Source: an uncultured Actinomycetota bacterium (GTDB lineage Bacteria > Actinomycetota > Actinomycetes > JAHEKZ01). From it: a stretch of 64,000 nt of DNA. Position 1 is the stretch's first letter; the number at the start of each line of letters is the position of its first letter. Both the position numbers and the translations under genes were made by a program. The stretch spans positions 448,001 to 512,000 of the forward strand of contig CAVQYR010000001.1 in NCBI GenBank assembly GCA_963718235.1, written 5' to 3'. The notes under the pieces were generated by a model. It was not told the origin of the DNA. It worked only from the letters and a program-made list of their open reading frames with translations, and ran no database searches. Below, in pieces: positions 9,734 through 19,492 of the stretch.

Positions 9734-10846
9734 ATGACGACGGACAAGGCCTGGACAACAAGCTCCTCCGAAGCGACGCCGGCCACCGCGACGCGACCAC
9801 TCCTGGTGTCCGGCGACGACGACGTCCTGGACGCCGTCCTCCGGGTGGCCGCGGCGGTGGGCGTCGACGTCGAGGTGGCGCACGACCTCGGAGGTGCTCG
9901 CACCGGGTGGGCGGCCGCGCCACTCGTCCTGGTGGGCCACGACCGGCTGACGGCGCTGGTCACGTCGTCCCTGCCCCGACGCTCCCACGTGGTCGTCGTC
10001 GGCGTCGATGCCGACGACGTGGCCCTCTGGCGTCGTGCGGTCGACCTTCGGGTGGAGCACGTGGTGTTCCTGCCGACGGCCGACTCGTGGCTGGCCGACC
10101 GGCTGTCCGACCTCGAGGCCGGAACACCGTCGGCCACCGTGCTCGGAGTGGTCGGCGGCTGTGGGGGCGCCGGCGCCAGCACCGTGGCAGCAGCGCTCGC
10201 GGTCGCTGCGGCTCGAAGCCGGCGGAGCCCACTGCTGGTCGACGCGGATCCGCTGGGCGGAGGGCTCGACCTCCTCCTCGCCGCCGAGGACGCGGCCGGC
10301 TCGCGCTGGGCCGACCTCACCGACGCCCGCGGTCGAGTCGCTGCCTCGACCCTCGCCCACGTCCTGCCCCAGGTCATGGGTGTCTCGGTGCTCGCCTGGT
10401 CTCGTGACGGCGCTCCCACGGTTCCGGTCGAGGCGGCGGCGGCGGTGCTCGACGGCGCCCGTCGTGGCAGCGACGTCGTGGTGGTCGACCTGCCGAGAAC
10501 CCCTGACGACGTGTCGCGACTCCTGCTGCAGCACGTGCAGACACTGTTCGTGGTCGTTCCGGCCCGGGTGCGTGCGATCGCGGCCAGTCGAGCGCTGCTG
10601 CGCCGCCTCGAACCCGCGGTCGGTGACCAGCGGATCGTCGTCCGGGGACCGGCTCCCGGTGGTCTCCGGACCGAGGACGTCCGGCGTGCGCTCGAACGAC
10701 CCGTCGTCGGCTGGCTGGACCACGACCCGGCCCGGGCGGTCGACGAGGAGTCCGGCGAGCCACCCGGGCTCGACGAGCGAAGCGAGACCGGCCGGCTCGT
10801 GCGCCGCCTGCTCGCCGAGCTGGACGGGCAGACGAAGGCGGCATGA
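9734..10846 (+). CDS. ssd: Septum site-determining protein Ssd (CpaE-like)
   Basis: GGCGGAGAST deviant Walker A, LVDADPLGGGLDL, VVVDLPR; heads the tad cluster. Confidence 0.9.
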   Translation: MTTDKAWTTSSSEATPATATRPLLVSGDDDVLDAVLRVAAAVGVDVEVAHDLGGARTGWAAAPLVLVGHDRLTALVTSSLPRRSHVVVVGVDADDVALWRRAVDLRVEHVVFLPTADSWLADRLSDLEAGTPSATVLGVVGGCGGAGASTVAAALAVAAARSRRSPLLVDADPLGGGLDLLLAAEDAAGSRWADLTDARGRVAASTLAHVLPQVMGVSVLAWSRDGAPTVPVEAAAAVLDGARRGSDVVVVDLPRTPDDVSRLLLQHVQTLFVVVPARVRAIAASRALLRRLEPAVGDQRIVVRGPAPGGLRTEDVRRALERPVVGWLDHDPARAVDEESGEPPGLDERSETGRLVRRLLAELDGQTKAA

Positions 10847-12039
10847 CGACCGCAGCCTTCACACCGCCCCGCAGCGGGCCGGTCCGACTGGTCGACCGTG
10901 CGCTGGTCGAGCGGGTGCGCGGACGGTTGGTCCGTGACGCCGTCGATCCCACCCCGACCGCCGTCGCCTCGGCCCTCCTGGCTGAGGGACGCGTGCTCGG
11001 CGACGCGGGGGTGCGCTCGGTGGTCGATGCCCTCCATGCCGAGCTCGTGGGTCTTGGTCCGCTGCAGGCTCTCGTCGACGACCCCGCCGTGACCGACGTC
11101 CTCGTGGTCGGAGCCGACCAGGTCTGGGTCGACGACGGCGACGGGCTGCGTCGGGTGCCACTCGCCTTTCGGGACGACGCCGAGCTGGTCGCCCTGGCCC
11201 AACGCCTGGCCGTCTCGTGTGGGCGCCGGCTCGACGACGCCCAACCGTTCGTCGACGCCCGGCTCCCGGACGGCGTCCGGTTGCATGCCGTCCTCCCACC
11301 GGTGGCAGACGTTGCGTGCCTGTCCCTGAGGCTCGGCCGAACCAACGCCTTCACCCTCGACGAGCTGGTCGACCTCGGGGCCATGCATCCAGAGCTGGCC
11401 GCTCTCGTCGCCCGGGTGGTCAGCCGCCGGCTCGCCTTCCTCGTCACCGGGGGAACGGGGTCGGGCAAGACCACGCTGCTCGCCGCGCTGCTCGGTCTGG
11501 TTCCTGCTGCGCACCGTCTGGTCCTGGTCGAGGACACCGCCGAGCTGACGCCCGACCACCCACACGTGGTGCGGCTGCAGTCACGGCCACCGAACGTCGA
11601 GGGCAGCGGCGAGGTCACGCTGCGCACCCTGGTGCGCCAGGCGCTGCGCATGCGTCCTGACCGGCTGGTCGTGGGTGAGGTGCGTGGAGCGGAGGTCGTC
11701 GACCTGCTGGCGGCCCTGAACACGGGTCACGAGGGTGGGTGCGGCACTCTGCACGCCAACTCCGCGCGCGACGTCCCGGCCAGGATCGAGGCGCTTGCGG
11801 CGCCCGGTGGACTCGACCGGCACGCTGCGCACAGCCAGCTGGCCTCAGCCCTCGACGTCATCCTCCACCTGGAGCGGGGCGCCGGCGGGGAACGGACGCT
11901 CACCTCGGTCGGTGTGCTCGACCGCCAGGCAGACGGCGTCGTGGAGGTCGTGGAGGCCGTGCGCCGCACGGACAACGAGTGCCGGCCCGGTCCGGGGTGG
12001 GCCGCCCTTCAGCGACGACTCGAGAGGGTTGACCCGTGA
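10843..12039 (+). CDS. tadA: TadA/CpaF pilus assembly ATPase
   Basis: GGTGSGKTT, LRMRPDRLVVGEVRG, NTGHEG, TLHANS. Confidence 0.93.
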   Translation: MTTAAFTPPRSGPVRLVDRALVERVRGRLVRDAVDPTPTAVASALLAEGRVLGDAGVRSVVDALHAELVGLGPLQALVDDPAVTDVLVVGADQVWVDDGDGLRRVPLAFRDDAELVALAQRLAVSCGRRLDDAQPFVDARLPDGVRLHAVLPPVADVACLSLRLGRTNAFTLDELVDLGAMHPELAALVARVVSRRLAFLVTGGTGSGKTTLLAALLGLVPAAHRLVLVEDTAELTPDHPHVVRLQSRPPNVEGSGEVTLRTLVRQALRMRPDRLVVGEVRGAEVVDLLAALNTGHEGGCGTLHANSARDVPARIEALAAPGGLDRHAAHSQLASALDVILHLERGAGGERTLTSVGVLDRQADGVVEVVEAVRRTDNECRPGPGWAALQRRLERVDP

Positions 12040-12040
12040 C

Positions 12041-12766
12041 ATGGCCGCACTGGTGCTGGCACCGGCGCTCGTCGCCGTCGCGGTGTGGCTCCTGGACCGT
12101 CCGCGTCGCAGAGCCCGCGAACGCTTCCTCGCCCTGCGTCGTGACGATCGTCTGTCCTCCCCGAGCCGGCGGACGGCGGCACGCGGTCGGGAGTCCACCA
12201 TCCTGCAGTTCGTCGACGCGGTCGTCGCCGAGCTCGACGCCGGGGCACCACCGACCGGAGCCGTGCAGGTCGCCGCTGCCGCGCTCGGACACGATCCCGT
12301 GCTCGCGGCCCTGGCCAGGCACGCTGCGCTCGGCGGCGACGTGGTCGCCGCCCTGCACCGCGCAGCCGACGCCCCCCGGGCCGGCGCCCTGCGCAAGGTG
12401 GCGGCCTGTCTGCAGGTGACCGCCCAGTCCGGTGCCGGTCTGGGAACGGCGCTGCGCAGGGTCTCCGACGGGGTCCGCGACGAGCTGGCGCTCTCCCGCG
12501 AGGTCGCGGGGCAGCTGGCCGCCCCGCGGGCCACGGCGAAGCTCTTGGCCGGTCTGCCCTTCATGGTGTGGCTGATGGGCTACGGGCTCGGAGCCGACCC
12601 GCTGAGGGTCCTGCTCACCACCCCCTACGGATGGGCGTGCGTCGTCGTGGGCGTCGGGCTCGAGGTCCTCGGGCTCGTGTGGGTCGAGCGGCAGGCCCGC
12701 GCGGTGACCGCGAGGGTGACCGCCGAGGGTGACCGCAGAGTGAGGGAGGACCGGTGCTCGTCCTGA
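12041..12766 (+). CDS. tadB: TadB-like (T2SS F family) membrane protein
   Basis: ELDAGAPP...GAGL...PRATAKLLAGLP...GADP pattern; follows tadA. Confidence 0.82.
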   Translation: MAALVLAPALVAVAVWLLDRPRRRARERFLALRRDDRLSSPSRRTAARGRESTILQFVDAVVAELDAGAPPTGAVQVAAAALGHDPVLAALARHAALGGDVVAALHRAADAPRAGALRKVAACLQVTAQSGAGLGTALRRVSDGVRDELALSREVAGQLAAPRATAKLLAGLPFMVWLMGYGLGADPLRVLLTTPYGWACVVVGVGLEVLGLVWVERQARAVTARVTAEGDRRVREDRCSS

Positions 12767-13491
12767 TCGCGGTGCTGAGCGGCGGAGCGGCGGTCTGGCT
12801 GTGGGGCCGCTCGCCGCCCAGCGTGACGACCCGGCGCCGCCTCGAGGGCGTGGTGGGCCGAGACCGTCAGCAGCGCACGACGGGGGGTGCGGGCGATCCC
12901 CCGGGCCGGTTGCACCGTGGCGTCGCCTCGGTGGTCGCAGCCCTGGCGGTGTTCGCGCTGCTGGGGGGTCCGGCCGGCGTCGCGGCTGCCGTGGTCGTCG
13001 CGGTCTGGGTGCCCCGGTGGCTGGGCGGGCTCGAACCTCGGGCCGCACGGCGGCGCCGGGAGGCGCGTGCTGCCGAGCTCCCGCTGGTGGTCGACCTGCT
13101 CGCGGCCTGCCTGGCCGCCGGAGCCGCTCCCGCTGCGGCGCTGCAGGCGGTAGCGGGTGCGAGCACCTCCACGGTCGGCTGGGACCTCGACACCGCGGCG
13201 CGCGCCCTTCGGGCAGGGGCGACACCGTCGGAGGCGTTCCGGGCGCTTCCGCTCGACCTCGAGGTCCTCGCCAGGGTGTTCGACCGAAGCAGTCGCACCG
13301 GTGCATCCGTCGCGCACCTGCTTGCCGCGTCGGCCGAGCAGCTGCGCGCCGACGAACGCGCCGCCCGGCTCGACAGCGCCCGTCGTCTCGGGGTGAAGGC
13401 CGCGGCGCCGCTGGGGTTGTGCTTCCTGCCCGGGTTCGTGGTGCTCGGGCTCGTCCCGGTGGTCGTCGGGCTTGTCGGCTCGCTGGTCTGA
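12754..13491 (+). CDS. tadC: TadC-like (T2SS F family) membrane protein
   Basis: LPLVVDLLAACLAAG and PLGLCFLPGFVVLG motifs. Confidence 0.85.
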   Translation: MLVLIAVLSGGAAVWLWGRSPPSVTTRRRLEGVVGRDRQQRTTGGAGDPPGRLHRGVASVVAALAVFALLGGPAGVAAAVVVAVWVPRWLGGLEPRAARRRREARAAELPLVVDLLAACLAAGAAPAAALQAVAGASTSTVGWDLDTAARALRAGATPSEAFRALPLDLEVLARVFDRSSRTGASVAHLLAASAEQLRADERAARLDSARRLGVKAAAPLGLCFLPGFVVLGLVPVVVGLVGSLV

Positions 13492-13635
13492 GCACCGTCC
13501 ACAAACCGATCCACACCGCGGCATCCCCAGAACCTGCGGGGTCACTGCCGCGGTAGCGCGACACCGACGACGCTTCCCCGCGACCTGACCAGGTCACACG
13601 TGCCGGCCGTACGCCGGTGAGTTCGGGAGGTTCAC

Positions 13636-13815
13636 ATGCGTCAGGCACTTCTCTTGCGCGCACGGGGAGACGCGGGCATGACTACCGCCGAGTACGCGGT
13701 CGGCACGGTGGCCGCGTGCGGCTTCGGGGGACTGCTGCTGAAGCTGCTCAGCAGCGACACGGTCATGCAGCTCCTGCTCGACGTCATCAAGCATGCCTTC
13801 GACTTCTTGTTCTGA
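13636..13815 (+). CDS. Flp-type pilin (DUF4244), 59 aa, not in the supplied ORF track
   Basis: Own translation MRQALLLRARGDAG-MTTAEYAVGTVAACGFGGLLLKLLSSDTVMQLLLDVIKHAFDFLF; prepilin G|MTTAEY motif; GGGAGG RBS. Confidence 0.9.
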   Translation: MRQALLLRARGDAGMTTAEYAVGTVAACGFGGLLLKLLSSDTVMQLLLDVIKHAFDFLF

Positions 13816-13825
13816 GGCGTCGCCG

Positions 13826-14230
13826 ATGCGCCGGGTCGGGAGTGGTCGTCGACGTGCGACCACTCCCGACCGGGGCGCGGTGACAGCGGAGATGGCGGTG
13901 GTCCTGCCGGTGCTGCTCGTCGTCGTGTCGCTGGCCCTGGCCGCCCTTGGGCACGGCATCACCGTGGTCCGGGCCACCGACGCTGCACGTGCCGCAGCGC
14001 GGTCCGCCGCACGCGGCGACGCCGACGCGGTGGCCCTGGGGCTGGCCCGACGTGAGCTGCCCGAGTCGGCGTCGGTCCGGTTGGCCCGCGCCGGTACCGA
14101 CATCACGGTGACCGTGACCGTGCCCGGCCCCCGCGTCGTCCTGGGATTCCGGCTGCCCTCGGTCTCGGCCGCGGCCGTCTCGGTCGCCGAGCCGGGTTCG
14201 GTCGCGGGCCTGGCGCCGGAGTGGCCGTGA
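13826..14230 (+). CDS. TadE-family minor pilin
   Basis: DRG|AVTAEMAVVLP prepilin motif, DAARAAARSAARG. Confidence 0.85.
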   Translation: MRRVGSGRRRATTPDRGAVTAEMAVVLPVLLVVVSLALAALGHGITVVRATDAARAAARSAARGDADAVALGLARRELPESASVRLARAGTDITVTVTVPGPRVVLGFRLPSVSAAAVSVAEPGSVAGLAPEWP

Positions 14231-14820
14231 CTCCTGGGCGACGGGCAGCGGGAGGCCACCAGCCCAACCGTGACGACGGCTCGGCCACCGTGTGGGTGCT
14301 GGTCGCCGCACTCGCCCTCTCGGCGATGACGGCGCTGGGGCTGTGGGTGGCCTCGGTGACCGCCGCCCACCGAAGGGCAGCCGGAGCGGCCGACCTCTCG
14401 GCGCTGGCCGCAGCCGCCACCCTCGCCGACGCCGTGGCGCCGGGGAGTGACCTGACCGGGTCGGTCACGCGGGCCTGTGCCGAGGCCGACCGGGTCGCGA
14501 CCCTCAACGGGGCTGAGCTGGTCTCCTGCCGGATCGAGGCCGACGGCTCGGTCCGGGTGCTGGCTTCGGTCGCGGTGCCCCTGATGCCGCCGGTCGTCGT
14601 CGCCGCCCGGGCGGGCTACGGCTCGACCGGCTCCTTCGCCTGGTCGTCGGGCGCCCCACCCAGCACGGCGTGCAGCAGCGCCACCGCGCCGTCCTTGTCG
14701 AGCGGGTCGTTGCCGTTGCCGCACTTGGGCGACTGCACACAGGAGGGGCAGCCCTCGGCGCAGCTGCAGTCGCCGATCGCGGCCCGCGTGGCCTCCAGCC
14801 AGGCGCGGGCGTCGCCGTAG
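14221..14820 (+). CDS. Rv3654c-family TadE-like protein
   Basis: DDG|SATV motif, AADLSALAAA, AC..A..VA..NGA.LVSC, ARAG; stop lies ~200 bp inside the helicase gene. Confidence 0.8.
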   Translation: MAVTPGRRAAGGHQPNRDDGSATVWVLVAALALSAMTALGLWVASVTAAHRRAAGAADLSALAAAATLADAVAPGSDLTGSVTRACAEADRVATLNGAELVSCRIEADGSVRVLASVAVPLMPPVVVAARAGYGSTGSFAWSSGAPPSTACSSATAPSLSSGSLPLPHLGDCTQEGQPSAQLQSPIAARVASSQARASP

Positions 14821-16958
14821 CCCCGCTCGGCGAACCCGGCACCACCGGCCTGGCCGTCGTAGACGAACACGGTCGGACGTCCGGTGTCGGGGTGCAGCGC
14901 GGTGGACACGCCCCCGATGTCCCAGCGGTCGCAGGTCGCGACCAGGGGGAGCAGGCCGATCGATGCGTGCTCGGCGGCGTGGAGGGCGCCGGGCAGGTCG
15001 GGCTCGGCCACTCCCGCTGCGACCACCTGCTCGGGGGCGAGGGTCCACCACATCGACTTCGTGGTCAGGGTCCGGGCCGGAAGCTCGAGGGCCTCCTCGC
15101 CGAGCACCTCGCCGGTCGCGATCCGTTTGCGCAGGAAGCCGACCACCTGCCGGGTGACCTCCACGACACCGAACGACAGCTGGGTCGCCCCCCACGCCTG
15201 GCTGCGCAGGGACTCGGTGATCCGCAGCTCGGTCACCTCGCGCGCCGAGGTCGTCCAGTCGGGGTCGTCGCGGTGCACGAGAGCCACACCGTCGTCCAGC
15301 TCCAAGGAGTCGACGACGAAGCTCTGGCCCTGGTGCACGTAGACCGCTCCGCGATGCACGGTCGAGTGCGCGGCACCCGGGTCGACCGTCCCCAGCAGTC
15401 GTCCGGTGCTCGACTCCACGACGCGCACCGGTGCCCCGCCGATGCCGCGGAGGTCCGCCAGGTCGGACGCCCGCTCACGCTTGGTCCAGTACCAGCCGGT
15501 CGGACGACGGCGCAGCCAGCCACGTTCGACCAGGTCGTCGACCACGGCGGCCGAGGCCGGACCGAAGCGCACGAGGTCGGTGTCGGTCAGCGGAAGCTCG
15601 GAGGCTGCCGCGGCCAGGTGGGGAGCCAGGACGTACGGGTTGTCCGGGTCGAGCACGGTGGCCTCCACGGGCTGACCGAACACGGCCTCGGGGTGGTGCA
15701 CAAGGTAGGTGTCGAGCGGGTCGTCGCGGGCGACCAGAACTGCGAGTGCGGCCTGGCCGGCCCGTCCGGCCCGTCCGGCCTGCTGCCACAGCGACGCGCG
15801 GGTCCCCGGCCACCCGGCGAGCACGACGGCGTCCAGACCCGTCACGTCGACGCCGAGCTCAAGCGCGCTGGTCGCCGCGACCCCCAGCAGCTCGCCGCTG
15901 TGCAGGGCCCGCTCCACGCTGCGCCGTTCCTCCGGCAGGTATCCCGAGCGGTAGGCGGCGACACGCCGTCCCAGGGCGGGATCGATCTCCTGCAAGGCGT
16001 TGCGAGCCAACAGGGCGACCACCTCGGCCCCGCGGCGCGACTGCACGAAGGCGAGGGAACGCGCGCTCTCCAGCACGAGGTCGGTCAGCAGGTCCGCGGC
16101 CTCGGCGGTCGCCGTGCGTCGGACCGGTGCGCCGCGCTCTCCCGAGAGCTCGGTGAACGGAGGCTCCCACAGTGCGAACGCGACCGGGCCACGAGGCGAG
16201 GCATCGTCGACGACGGCACGGACGTCGACCCCGGTCAGGAGGCTCGCGGTCACCTCCGGCTGGGAGACCGTGGCCGACGCGAGCAGGAACACCGGGTCGC
16301 TGCCGTAGCGCTCACTCACTCGGTGCAGCCGCCTCATCACGGCAGCGACGTGCGAGCCGAACACCCCCCGGTAGGTGTGCACCTCGTCGACGACCACGTA
16401 GCGCAGCGCCCGCAGGAAGGAGGCCCATCGGGCATGACCGGGCAGCATCGAGTGATGGAGCATGTCGGGGTTGGTGAGCACGACGTTGGCGTGGGCCCTC
16501 ACCCAGTCGCGCTCCTCGGCTGGGGTGTCTCCGTCGTAGGTGGCGGCGCGAACCCCGGGAAGGTCGAGTGACTCGATCCGCCGCAGCTGGTCGGCGGCCA
16601 GGGCCTTGGTCGGCGCGAGGTACAGGGCCGTAGCCCCACGCCCGTTGGGCGCGCCGCTGCCCTCCATCGCTGCCGTGAGCACGGGCAGCAGGTAGGCCAG
16701 CGACTTGCCCGACGCCGTCCCCGTGGCCACCACGACCGAGCGGCCCGCCCGGGCCAGGTCGGCCACCTCGCGCTGGTGGGCCCACGGGGCCCCGATGCCC
16801 TGGGCCAGCAGCGACTCCCGGAACGGGGTGGGCAGCCAGTCCGGCCACGCCGTCGTCCGGCCGGGGCGGGCCGGCAGCCGCTCGACGTGGGTGACCCGGT
16901 CGGCCCGTCCCGGGGCGGCCAGGAGCCGGGCCAGGAGGTCGCCGTCCGGGTCGTCCAC
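14616..16958 (-). CDS. DEAD/DEAH-box helicase with DUF1998 Zn domain (SftH/Hrq1 type)
   Basis: TGTASGKS, DEVH, SAT, QQAGRAGR; C-terminal CSC..GCPSC; start uncertain. Confidence 0.92.
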   Translation of the reverse strand: MDDPDGDLLARLLAAPGRADRVTHVERLPARPGRTTAWPDWLPTPFRESLLAQGIGAPWAHQREVADLARAGRSVVVATGTASGKSLAYLLPVLTAAMEGSGAPNGRGATALYLAPTKALAADQLRRIESLDLPGVRAATYDGDTPAEERDWVRAHANVVLTNPDMLHHSMLPGHARWASFLRALRYVVVDEVHTYRGVFGSHVAAVMRRLHRVSERYGSDPVFLLASATVSQPEVTASLLTGVDVRAVVDDASPRGPVAFALWEPPFTELSGERGAPVRRTATAEAADLLTDLVLESARSLAFVQSRRGAEVVALLARNALQEIDPALGRRVAAYRSGYLPEERRSVERALHSGELLGVAATSALELGVDVTGLDAVVLAGWPGTRASLWQQAGRAGRAGQAALAVLVARDDPLDTYLVHHPEAVFGQPVEATVLDPDNPYVLAPHLAAAASELPLTDTDLVRFGPASAAVVDDLVERGWLRRRPTGWYWTKRERASDLADLRGIGGAPVRVVESSTGRLLGTVDPGAAHSTVHRGAVYVHQGQSFVVDSLELDDGVALVHRDDPDWTTSAREVTELRITESLRSQAWGATQLSFGVVEVTRQVVGFLRKRIATGEVLGEEALELPARTLTTKSMWWTLAPEQVVAAGVAEPDLPGALHAAEHASIGLLPLVATCDRWDIGGVSTALHPDTGRPTVFVYDGQAGGAGFAERGYGDARAWLEATRAAIGDCSCAEGCPSCVQSPKCGNGNDPLDKDGAVALLHAVLGGAPDDQAKEPVEP

Positions 16959-17146
16959 CGCCGCAGTCTCCCAAACGGGTCCCAACAGCCCCTCAGGCCA
17001 CGAGTCGGCGGGCCGCGGGCGAGGAGAGCGAGCTTCGCCTCGGAATCGGCGGACCCGGGCGACAGCGCCGAGAGCGGCTGCGTAAACTCCGCCACGCCCC
17101 GTGCCCCTCGTGCGCCGGGGTTCGACGTTTCCGTACAGGAGGACGA

Positions 17147-19489
17147 ATGTCCGTGGTCCGTCTCGCCGACAGCGGTGTGAGCCTGAGCCTCAGCGGGGCC
17201 AACCTCACGTATGTCGTCATCGTTGCCCTCATCGCCCTGGGCGCCCTGGTGGTGGCCGGCCTGCTCGTGCGTGAGGTGCTGGCAGCCAGTGAGGGCACGC
17301 CGAAGATGCAGGAGATCGCGCTCGCGGTCCAGGAGGGTGCTGCGGCGTACCTGCAGCGGCAGTTCCGCACCCTGAGCATCTTCGCGGTCGTGGTGTTCTT
17401 CCTGCTGTTCCTGCTGCCCGCCGAGACCACCAGCCTCAAGATCGGCCGCTCGGCCTTCTTCGTGGTCGGTGCGCTGTTCTCCGCGATCACCGGGTACGTC
17501 GGGATGTGGCTGGCCGTGCGGGCCAACGTCCGGATGGCAGCGGCGGCCAACGACTCCGGCGAGCAGCGGGCCATGCGGATCGCGTTCCGTACCGGCGGCG
17601 TCGCCGGCATGTTCACCGTCGGTCTCGGGCTGTTCGGCGCCGCGGTCGTCGTGCTGATCTACCAAGGCGACGCGCCGACCGTCCTCGAAGGGTTCGGCTT
17701 CGGTGCCGCCATGCTCGCCATGTTCATGCGGGTCGGCGGTGGGATCTTCACCAAGGCGGCCGACGTCGGCGCCGACCTGGTGGGCAAGGTCGAGCAGGGA
17801 ATCCCTGAGGACGACCCCCGCAACGCGGCCACGATCGCCGACAACGTCGGTGACAACGTTGGTGACTGTGCCGGTATGGCGGCCGACCTGTTCGAGTCGT
17901 ACGCGGTCATGCTCGTGGCGGCGCTCATCCTCGGCAAGGCGGCTTTCGGCGAGCTGGGGCTGGTCTTCCCGCTGATCGTCCCGGCCATCGGGGTCATCAC
18001 TGCGGTCATCGGCATCTTCGCGGTGTCCCCGCGTGTGACCGACCGGTCCGGTATGAGCGCGATCAACCGTGGGTTCTTCATCTCGGCCGCCGTCTCGGCG
18101 GTGCTGGTCGTGATCGCGAGCTTTGCGTTCCTGCCCGACTCGATGGTCAAGTTCAAGGGCCTGAACCTGGAGGGGCTGGGTCTCACCGTCGCCAAGCTGA
18201 CCGCCTTCAACCCTCGAGTCCTGGCGATCGGGGCGGTCTTCATCGGCATCGTGCTTGCGGCGGCCATCCAGCAGCTGACCGGTTACTTCACCGAGACCAA
18301 CCGACGTCCGGTCGACGACGTGTCGAAGTCGTCACTGACCGGCCCGGCGACGGTCATCCTCACCGGCATCTCGATCGGTCTGGAGTCGGCGGTCTACTCC
18401 GCTCTTCTCATCGGTGCTGCAGTGTTCGGTGCCTCTCTGCTCGGCGGTGGGTCGGTCACCCTGTCCCTGTTTGCCATCGCCCTGGCGGGTACGGGTCTGC
18501 TGACCACCGTCGGCGTCATCGTGGCCATGGACACCTTCGGGCCGGTGTCCGACAACGCCCAGGGCATCGCGGAGATGTCCGGTGACGTGCACGGTGAAGG
18601 TGCCCGGGTGCTCAGCAGCCTCGACGCCGTCGGCAACACCACCAAGGCAATCACCAAGGGCATCGCGATCGCGACGGCCGTCCTGGCCGCCACAGCGTTG
18701 TTCGGCTCCTTCCGGGAGGGAGTCTTCGGAGCCGTCGCCAAGACCGGCGACGCCGTCAGCGCGCTCAACAGCCAGGACGCGTTGCAGTACTTCGGAGTCC
18801 TCAACGTCGGTGACCCGAAGAACCTGGTGGGACTGCTGATCGGCGCCTCGGTGGTGTTCTTGTTCTCCGGCCTCGCCATCAACGCAGTGTCCCGGGCAGC
18901 GGGAGCGGTGATCTTCGAGGTTCGCCGGCAGTTCCGCGAGCACCCGGGGATCATGGACTACTCCGAGCGGCCCGAGTACGGCAGGGTCGTCGACATCGTC
19001 ACCCGTGACTCGCTGCGTGAGCTGGCGACCCCCGGTCTGCTCGCCGTCATGACCCCGATCGCGGTCGGGTTCGGCCTCGGCGTGGGCGCGCTCGGCTCGT
19101 ACCTGGCCGGCACCATCGCCACTGGCACCTTGATGGCGGTGTTCCTGGCCAACTCCGGTGGCGCCTGGGACAACGCGAAGAAGTTCGTCGAGGACGGCAA
19201 CTACGGTGGCAAGGGTTCACCAGCCCACGAGGCCACGGTGATCGGCGACACCGTCGGAGACCCGTTCAAGGACACCGCCGGTCCCGCGATCAACCCGCTG
19301 ATCAAGGTGATGAACCTGGTGGCTCTGCTGATCGCTCCGGCCGTCGTCCAGCTTTGGATCGGCAGCGACGCCAACGCCGGGCTCCGAACGGTCATCGCGC
19401 TGGTGGCGGTCGGCATCGTGGTCGCAGCTGTCGCGTTCAGCAAGCGTCCGCACGCCGACGTCACCGAGGAAGTCGCTTCCGCGTCCTGA
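17147..19489 (+). CDS. hppA: Membrane ion-translocating pyrophosphatase, predicted K+-independent
   Basis: DVGADLVGKVE, DNVGDNVGD, GDTVGDPFKD; GNTTKA carries the Lys linked to K+ independence. Confidence 0.95.
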   Translation: MSVVRLADSGVSLSLSGANLTYVVIVALIALGALVVAGLLVREVLAASEGTPKMQEIALAVQEGAAAYLQRQFRTLSIFAVVVFFLLFLLPAETTSLKIGRSAFFVVGALFSAITGYVGMWLAVRANVRMAAAANDSGEQRAMRIAFRTGGVAGMFTVGLGLFGAAVVVLIYQGDAPTVLEGFGFGAAMLAMFMRVGGGIFTKAADVGADLVGKVEQGIPEDDPRNAATIADNVGDNVGDCAGMAADLFESYAVMLVAALILGKAAFGELGLVFPLIVPAIGVITAVIGIFAVSPRVTDRSGMSAINRGFFISAAVSAVLVVIASFAFLPDSMVKFKGLNLEGLGLTVAKLTAFNPRVLAIGAVFIGIVLAAAIQQLTGYFTETNRRPVDDVSKSSLTGPATVILTGISIGLESAVYSALLIGAAVFGASLLGGGSVTLSLFAIALAGTGLLTTVGVIVAMDTFGPVSDNAQGIAEMSGDVHGEGARVLSSLDAVGNTTKAITKGIAIATAVLAATALFGSFREGVFGAVAKTGDAVSALNSQDALQYFGVLNVGDPKNLVGLLIGASVVFLFSGLAINAVSRAAGAVIFEVRRQFREHPGIMDYSERPEYGRVVDIVTRDSLRELATPGLLAVMTPIAVGFGLGVGALGSYLAGTIATGTLMAVFLANSGGAWDNAKKFVEDGNYGGKGSPAHEATVIGDTVGDPFKDTAGPAINPLIKVMNLVALLIAPAVVQLWIGSDANAGLRTVIALVAVGIVVAAVAFSKRPHADVTEEVASAS

Positions 19490-19492
19490 CGC

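Noticed and set aside
9734-14820. tad cluster as a conjugative element or novel system
   Set aside because: Matches the well-known conserved Rv3654c-Rv3660c-type locus in its usual context.
14616-16958. DUF1998 helicase as a DISARM/Druantia defence component
   Set aside because: Stand-alone SftH-type gene in core synteny, with no methylase or partner genes.
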